In this document: positions 55,541 through 64,000 of the stretch, in pieces | How the letters are laid out: every line of letters starts with the position of its first letter | How positions within the stretch are numbered: position 1 is the first letter of the stretch | Assembly: GCA_964016885.1 (NCBI GenBank) | Contig: OZ024746.1 | Location: forward strand, 68,138,001-68,202,000 | DNA length: 64,000 bases | Direction of reading: 5' to 3' | Origin: Eledone cirrhosa | Taxonomy: Eukaryota | Program-made: the position numbers and the translations under genes | Notes under the pieces: model-generated | Told to the model about the DNA's origin: nothing | The model's input: the letters and a program-made list of their open reading frames with translations, nothing else | Database searches by the model: none

Positions 55541-56979
55541 TCTAAAAACCAGTATACATACAGCAAGAATATATATATAACAAGAATATACACAGACATA
55601 TTCCTAATTCAAAAGTGAAATGCTTAATGCATTTCAACTTAATAGCTTGCCAGTTCTAAAACTATAATCATTTAAAAATTGTCACTGAAATGAATTATCT
55701 AATTGAAGAGGTGTGTTGTTTACAGTTAGTATACAAATAGCCTTAAGTTGTACATTGTTTAACAAATGTTTCACTTCTTAGTACATGTTTTATTCTAAAC
55801 TTAGTCAATCAATTAGAAATCGTTACTGACTAAAAATAGATCACACCATTAGGAACGAAGATCCAAAAATATTTAAATATATATTTCTTTTATTTTCTTA
55901 TTTTAGTCAATAAATTAAGACAAATTGTTGGTTCTAAACTTAATAAAAATATTGGTGGTCTATAAAATTATCCAACAATTAAACTTGTCTTTTGTTTATA
56001 CCAGTTTTCAAACATTATTGTTAATATAATTGTTATTATAAGAATGGTGATTTAGTAGAATTTCTATCATCATCATCATCACCATTTTTACATCTACTTT
56101 TCCTCTAACAACCAAGATGTGACTTTCTGAACAAGAATATTAAATCTTTGTTTTATAAATTAAAGTTATTAGTTCAAATGTATTACAAGGTGCAGAGCCT
56201 CTCTATATTACATGAAACTATGGATCTGCACCTAGAAATTTCTTCTCAAACATGCAGGCCTGGACAATGATTTTTTCTGTGGTAGACCAGCCTTCCTTCT
56301 TTATGCCTCCAATGTTGCCCAAAGGAATGGCAATAGCTGATACAACTTAGCTTAGCACCAGTATCATCACAGGTGAAGTCAGGACTGTATGAGATAATTT
56401 AATACATCACATCTGTGACTGCTACAATTTTACAAATTCACTAATAGAAACAATAGTAATTATGACTGAAGGATAGACAAATCAAAGAGTTAATTATTTG
56501 ATAATTCATATTGATCTAATTATATCAACAGATCATAGGTAGATTATATATAAAGTTACATAAGATTACTATCTTGTATCAAATATCAGAATTCAACCAA
56601 AGGGAATATAGAAATGTTTAATATCAATCATGGTAAAATGTTTGATGATGGATTTTTGTATCGTCTACTAGTAAGAAAACATAAATGCATTATCCATGGC
56701 ATTATTAGAGACCTGGATTGTTTTAGCTGGGGTGGGGCAGTTGAGGTATTAATGGCTTAGTCAGAGGAGAAAGGATAGCATCCAGGATTCTTTTCAGAGT
56801 CTCCAAAACATAGGAAGAAGAGAGGAAGTTATCCTCAAACTGGAGACCTAGCCCAAATATTTACAAGAGACATAACTGTAATTACCTATAAGCTAAATAA
56901 GCTATAAGTTATGGAGGCTTCACTTTTTAAAATATTTATCATTAGTTTTATTCTTTAAAACTAAATCATAAAAAAGATT

Positions 56980-57013
<34 letters not shown>

Positions 57014-57392
57014 GTAATAATTGTTTCTACTTTTGGCACAAGTCCCGCAATTATTCCAATGCATTAATGGTACTATTTTTATCGACTCCATAAGGATGAA
57101 AGGCAAACTTAATCTTGGTGAGATTTTAACTTAGACCATAAAGGGCTGTAACTCTATGCAGCAAAGCATAGCAGCCAACCCTCTACTGATACTGCCAATC
57201 TACAACCCTTATATAATAGTAATGATAATATCAAAACAAAGACATCAGAAGAACCGATATATCTCCGCCCATTTTCTCATCACTCAGTGCTTTAATTAAG
57301 CCAGCATCATTAAGATACCAACCAGAAAGGAAGGGAGAGTGCACACTAATACATTAAATAGTGAGAGAAATGATTTTGTGAGGGTAGAGACT

Positions 57393-57450
57393 TTCTACAG
57401 GATAAAAACTGATGATTTCATACGAATGAAACATTTGTAGTCCTGTAGAA
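57393..57450 (+). ncRNA. Hammerhead ribozyme-like motif with bulged stem I
   Basis: ttctacagga t-aaaaa CTGATGA t-ttc-atac-gaa-t GAAA ca-tt-tg TA g tcctgtagaa. Confidence 0.5.
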
Positions 57451-58440
57451 GCATATATATTATTTATTCTTTATTATAACATTAATCATCATCATCATAA
57501 TCATCATCATCGCCGTTTTACGTCCGTTCTTCCATGCTAGCATGGGTTAGACGGGTTGTCCTGTTGTGGGCAGTGTCTGGTCAGCTGACACTGCTCATAC
57601 AGGAACTGATTTTGGCTTGATTTCTACAGCTGGATGCCCTTCCTAACACGAACCTCATTTACAGTGAGTGCTGGGTGCTTTTTCCGTGGCGCCTACACAT
57701 CCACTTTACAGTGTGGGCTGGGTGCTTTTTTGCCGTGGCACCTCAACGACCACCTTGCAGTGGGAGGGTGTGGGGGCATATTGTCTATATGCTTCAGCTT
57801 GTACCCATGGGAGGTCGGGTACTCTGTATTACTGCGTGACGCCAGAGGTCACGGTCGTGTATAAAACATAATAATCATATTTTAGAGAAACACCTCAAAT
57901 TTCATTTAACTTTGGGCCTCAGCAGATAAAAGTCCAACCCTGACAACAGAATGGATTACTTTAAAATGATCCCAAAAGTAAGTGGTGATATTAAACAAGA
58001 CAGTAAATCAAGTTACTCACAGATAAAACAGGATCGGTCCGATCAATGCCTTCTGCTAAGTTTCACTCACAGGTTTTCGTCAATCTGAGGCTATAGTAGA
58101 TAACACTTGTCCAAGGTTATACATAGTGGAATTGAACCTAAAGCGATGTAATTGTGATGCAAACTTCTTAACCAAACAGCCACTCCTAAATGATGTTGTT
58201 GATTTATTGACCAATTCAGTCTTGATTAAAAGTATTTCAGCCATGATCAACACATGGTTTTGTATATCTAAAACTACATTGGCTGTTGCCTCTAGAAATT
58301 TGAGTGCTATTTAGAGGTTTCCTAATTGGATCATAGCATAATTGTTAAAGCTATATATAAGAGTTATATAGTATTTTATAAGTTAGTAATAAAAATATGA
58401 AATATTTTAAAGTTATACAAATCAAGGACTTGAATATGCT

Positions 58441-59032
58441 TTATTTCTATCATTCCTTTTTCCTGTGATACAGGCTGTCTCTCCTATGTAAGTCATGTGC
58501 CCATTCCTACACTGTCCCTCTGTACATCTTATGTTATATACTACATTCTTAGTTTTGCAGTTAATTTGAGCAATTAATTTGCAGACTATACATTTTCTAT
58601 CAGTGCAGAGGGTTTTATAGGAATAACTGGTTTTTCTACTATATTAATATTTAATTTTAGTTTGTCTAGGGCCCTTCTAAATCTATATGCTAGTTTGCAT
58701 CTGCAGGTTGTATTGACAAATATTACACTCTGGTATATATTGCTGTCATACCACGAGTTGATCTTATTAGTATTATTCTTAGTTCTCTCTATCCTGTTCC
58801 AAAATTTGCTCCTATACATGGGGCAAGTCCCATTTACATCATCTTCTACAATATTTATCCATTTTTCCCTGGATCCTTTATACACCCTGATCCTGTCTCT
58901 CTGATTGTAGCCAGAGAACTGCATGTGGTGAATGAAGTGTTTTATGTGTCTCTCTAATTCTTTAGGCTTGCATGTGCAGGACACACAATACTCCAACAGA
59001 TTACAGAAGAGACAAACATAAATGAACTCCAA
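58441..59032 (-). pseudogene. PLE ORF fragment: RT thumb/linker, Cys-rich linker and start of GIY-YIG (Neptune-like); same family as the 23.9-kb copy
   Basis: MQFSGY...PMYR..W...SVIFV...IVEKP, then after a frameshift VCKLIAQINCKTKNVVYNIRCTEGQCRNGHMTYIGETA. Confidence 0.85.
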
Positions 59033-59340
59033 CCAAAACTAAACAGAAAACATGATTGGAATAGCATCAACATCACAATTAGTAACTAATGACAAGACAA
59101 AAACATACAGAGACACACAAGAACCAAACTAATATAACAAACTAGACACATGCAGATAGAACAAGCAATGAACTAGTGACAAGTAAATAAACATATAAAT
59201 AAATAAAAAGACAGACACAAACCTGGATATAACACATGCACAGCCCAGGCACACAGCTCACAGAAATAAGGTGTAAGACAGAACAAAGGCGAGACAATAT
59301 AACAAATTAGTCACTGAGAAGATCACAGAATGTGTTGTCA
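59033..59340 (+). mobile_element. Inverted pseudo-LTR of the same PLE (end of GIY-YIG, 3' UTR, decayed hammerhead)
   Basis: PKLNRKHDWNSINITISN* matches PKLNRKYEWNSNITTYN*; agtcactgagaagatcacagaatgtgt (59309-59335) matches the start of the hammerhead at 24432. Confidence 0.75.
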
Positions 59341-61931
59341 ATCAACGAATAAGCACTGCTATTTAATTTATCAACCCTAAGAAAATGAAAGGCAAAGATG
59401 TGTTTGTAGATCATTACCTGTGAAATTATAAAGAAAGGACTTTAATTGCATACTCTCTTAACTGTGTCCATTTATTGCAGAATTAATATTCAACTGTACA
59501 GCAGAAAAATTTCCATAATGAATTGTTATATAATCTTCACTCCAGAGATAGATTTCTTATGTCTGACAATGTTGATTCTTCATTAAATAATATAATCTAC
59601 CAAATTACAACTCATTATCGACTTTATTATTTATATAGCTTAATAAAAGGAGTGTGTGTGTGTTTATATATTTAGTATATGAAAGCATATACAATATGTT
59701 TATGTATAATAAACCTATGAAACTATGAATGTTTTCAATGGATTTAAACCCAGAAACAAGTGATTACAAAATAATTTCTTAACAATACAGCTATCCCTGA
59801 AAAGGAAATAGATATTGAAATAATAAATAAATTCTGAGGTTAACTGTATATAGAATAAAATATTGAAAATATCAATACTGGGAGTCAGTATTTTTAATTA
59901 AAACAAGTCTGTGGCATGTTCGTGAATGAAACAAAATGTCTATTGTTGGATTCATTTAATATAATATTGCTTGCATCCAGCAGAAGTTTGTTTTTCTTTT
60001 TACTGGCTAGTCAAAGAGGGAAAAGTAGTGGTTGTGATCCTTTTACATGGCATCTGAGACTGTTAGGAGAGAAAGAGAGAAGACAGTAGGCGTCCAATAA
60101 CTAAAACTGACCTGGTTCAACTACTTGCAACGGAGTAATGGTGTTAAACTGGGCAACAGATTAGATAAACTTACCAAGTATTTGAATTTAGAATGAAAAT
60201 AGATCTGTAATGGAAGGTGTATAAATGCAGTGACCTCCCGTGAAATGGGAGAGGGCATACGCATTGTCAGTCATGTTGGATGCCATGTTGTATTGGTGAT
60301 GTTTTTATCGCTGATTTTCAGACTTATAGTTGACTTATAACTAACTGGTCATTCATATCAATAAATATAACAAGAACAAATACTGGAAAGCATCTAACAT
60401 GCCTGCCAATGCACTACCCTGGGTTGTTATTTTATTTTATTGACCACAGAAGAATGAATCGAATCAAAAAAGTAACGGCCGCAGCTTTTGATCTCAAAGT
60501 ATAGAGAAGTGAAAGAAATAACACAAGGCTCTAATAACTCTATCAACTAGTTAATCTTTTAATTCAAGGAAATTTAATAATTATTTTGTGCAAAATGCTT
60601 TGTAAGCACCAGTATAGCAAATCATTGCAGTATTTATCTATTCTGATGAAGTGCTTATGAATAACTGTCAAGTAAAAACTAATAAAAGGCTTCTTCTAGT
60701 GAATCACTACAAGGTACTGTGTGTGTGCTTGAATATCTATGTACATATTCATACAAGTGAAACAGAAAGAAAATTATTATTTAATGCAATCTTCTTAACA
60801 TGTTAAATATTGAATATCTAGTTTAATGTCTTCTATGCTAGATAGATATCACTTTGTAACATATTCCCTGAAAGAGGTATAGGCATGGTTGTATGAGTGT
60901 GGTTTTCAAGTTTGTTTTTGATATATGTGGTGACATATTGTGTTCCATTGCATAATACCCTGGGAAGGTGTCTTTTACCATAGTGTTGGGTTAGCTAATG
61001 CCTTGTGAGGGGAATTTGGAGAAGAAATAGGAAAACAATATGAGTTGGATCAAAAAAAAGTGGTTGAGTGATGATAAAAGAGTGCATGTAATAGGTAGCA
61101 GTAGAATTGAACAATTACAATAAAGAGTGGTAAATGTCAAGGAATAGTCACATAGGAAAGATAGAATGATGGTAAAAGAAATATAGCCAGTTTCCATGTC
61201 ATCCCTGTTCATACATAAATTGGGATATAAAAAGGAAAGAGTGTACAGGAGGTAATGGTAGCAGAAAATTAGAATGATAAAGGTTGATAGTAGGGGAATT
61301 GAATATGGACAGATCAAATGATATTACTTCTATATGATATTCCATATATGTGTGTTTATGGAAATATTCCTTAAAAATGTATTTCTATTGAAACATTTTT
61401 ATCTATTTTTTTTCTTCTACTAGCTTCAAGCAACGACTGGCACTACATAGAGATTTACCAAAAAAAATAAATAAATAAAAAAAAATAATTAAAAATAATA
61501 GAAAATAAAATCATAAATGTTGTTTTTGCTTTTCTTTTCATCTTATTAATCAAGATAATAAATAACCCTTTTGATATTAACTAGCCAGTGATGACCCACA
61601 ATGCAAAGCCTCTCATATTTATTTAAACTGGAGAGAAATGCATTCCAGCAAGTTTTAAAATGCCAAAGATTTGCCATTTTACAGGGCAGCACCACCACAA
61701 TACCATCAGAAGTTAAGGGATTTCTATTACATTTATCTAAACTTTTATGTTAGAAACTTTAAAGTATTTTCCAAATACCATCTTAATGATGTCATAGCTA
61801 CTTAATCCTTCCAAATTCTTGATTATTTTCAAAAATATTTGAAACAGTGCATTTCATTAGAAATATGATAATGAGAAGGTTAATATTATATCTATAATGC
61901 CTACATATTTATATATAATATATATATATAT

Positions 61932-62021
61932 AATTGTAAATGAACATATATGTGTATGCACATATATATATATATATATATACATATCTATGTGCATACA
62001 CATATATGTTCATTTACAATT
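61932..62021. repeat. Perfect 33-bp inverted repeat with (TA)n loop
   Basis: aattgtaaatgaacatatatgtgtatgcacata / tatgtgcatacacatatatgttcatttacaatt. Confidence 0.9.
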
Positions 62022-63959
62022 CTATTGGATTTCTCTTAAAGTTTATAATAAAATTAGATGATGGTTATTATCTTGAGGGCAACAACAAATTGGACAATGT
62101 CAATATAAAATCCTTTTAGACAACTGATGCCAATAATTGAAATTATAATTTATTTACTGTTATCTATATTTGCTTTTGTTTTAAAATATTTTTTATTGAA
62201 ATATTTTGGCTTGATAGAAAATTATTTCCAGTTCAAAAACCATCCTGAAATTTATGCAGTACTATTATTATAGACCAATTATAGTGTAATCATTTTGTTG
62301 TTTTTGTCTAGCCAGGTCAGCAGAAGTAACAATACCATCTATAATTATTTTTTTTTTATTTTTTCAATCTCAATGCTTCCTCTCTCTGTCTTTTTTTTAC
62401 TATTACAACTGTCATCTCTGCTCCTCATGGTTGGCTACTCTTGTGCACCATTCTCTCAGATTCATCCTGAATCACTTGTCTCCCTTTTCATTTTTGATAT
62501 TGCGTCAAGCCATAGAAACCATGTCAAAAAATATTGAGAAGACAGGTGATAGGAAGGATATCCAGCCATGGAAAGCTTGCCAAACAATGGGTAGAGAGGA
62601 GTCTTCAGTTGACTTAGAGACATGACAACCTGATTGCACAGTGTATCTCACCTTTTATATTGTGGGATCATTTATAAGAGAGATAGGCCTCAGTCTATCT
62701 GAGAGGTCAGTAGCTCTGATAAAGTACTGGCTTAGCCTGTGATGAAAAATCCAACCCTTGCTAGCAGAGAAAATGGATGTTAAACAACATTGATAATGAG
62801 GATAATATCCCCTATCACCCAGGTCTCTGCACAAACTACTAAGCCCACTCCTCTCTCTCCAAAATGTCAGTCCTGTGGTAGGAAGTGTACAGTTCATGAA
62901 ATAAACAGTATATGACTGCTATTATATTGTATTGACCCCATGAAAGAAGGTAAAGTTGACCTCAACAGGGTTTGAGCTGAGAATATAAAGAAATTAATTG
63001 TTTCTACTTTTGGCACAAGGGCCAGCAATTACCCAGTACATTACTGGTACTTTATTTTATCGACCCCGTAAGGATGAAAGGTAAAGTTAACCTCGGTGGT
63101 ATTTGAACTCAGAATGGCAAGGGCCGTAACTCTATGTGTCAAAGCATGGCGTCCGACCCTCTACCGATACTGCCAATCCACCACCCAATGTAAAGAAATT
63201 AATGTAACTAAATATTACAAAGACTTTTATGTGGGCTGCTAATGATACTTTTGAATATTGTACAAATCCACAAATTTATGGAAGATAGGGTATAGGTGAT
63301 TAAATCAACCCTGTCCCATGTACACAAGTAGGGTTATATTTTATTGACCTTAGAAAGATAAATGTCTAACCTTCATAAAAGGACAGAGCTAAATAACAAA
63401 ATTGTTTTGTATATGGCTCTACTTGGTTTGTCAAGCCAAAAAAATAGCAAATATAACAAAAAGTCAGCATTGGCAAAAATGATGATGATGACAGTGATGA
63501 CAATGGTGATGAAACGGGGGGGGGGGGGGGGCAGATAACAGCAATGATGTAACTGATATATCAACTGATTTCTTATAACTAGTACATCATTCTATAGAAA
63601 TATTAGTTGTATGTGAGTGACAGGGGCAAGAGTTAACTCACCAGGATTACATAATGTTATTTTTATAAGAAAATCCTCAATATAAGAACAACTAAATGGA
63701 GAGACACATATAGAATCTCTACGATATTACTTTCATTGCAACATGCAACGTGTTCTATTTTTAGGACGTAGTCAAGAACTTTGAAAAAGAAATGTAGTTA
63801 AATAACATTTACAAAAGGAAAAGAGAGACTAATTCAGTGGTCTGTCCATAAGATTTATTTACTGTGTCTGTGTATATCTGTGCCTGTTTGTATGCAGTTA
63901 AAGAACCAACTATTTCTTGAATTGTGCATGGAAAATGGATACAAATGACAATGACTATG

Positions 63960-63990
<31 letters not shown>

Positions 63991-64000
63991 GGTATCCCCC

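Overview
This is AT-rich, microsatellite-dense animal DNA with no recognisable host gene. The repeat repertoire resembles a cephalopod (octopus-like) genome, but that attribution is inference. The window contains decayed RTE-clade LINE pieces (with a PHD-like C4HC3 insert in the RT), several tRNA-derived SINE families, Tc1/mariner and piggyBac-type MITEs, and fragments of Penelope-like elements (PLEs) from at least two lineages. The main unexplained structure is a recurring 'element plus inverted copy of its own 3' end' architecture at 0.7-6.8 kb, 23.0-24.6 kb, 36.0-36.9 kb and 58.4-59.3 kb. In the first two loci the arms carry type I hammerhead ribozymes that I could fold by eye. The 0.7-6.8 kb locus is entirely non-coding and its hammerhead has an unusually long stem II (116 nt). 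There is also a retrozyme-like ~445-bp tandem unit with a minimal hammerhead at the window start, and a further hammerhead-like motif at 57.4 kb. Most long Y/I/C/V/M-rich ORFs in the track are microsatellite artefacts. All coordinates were read by eye, so ends may be off by a few bases.
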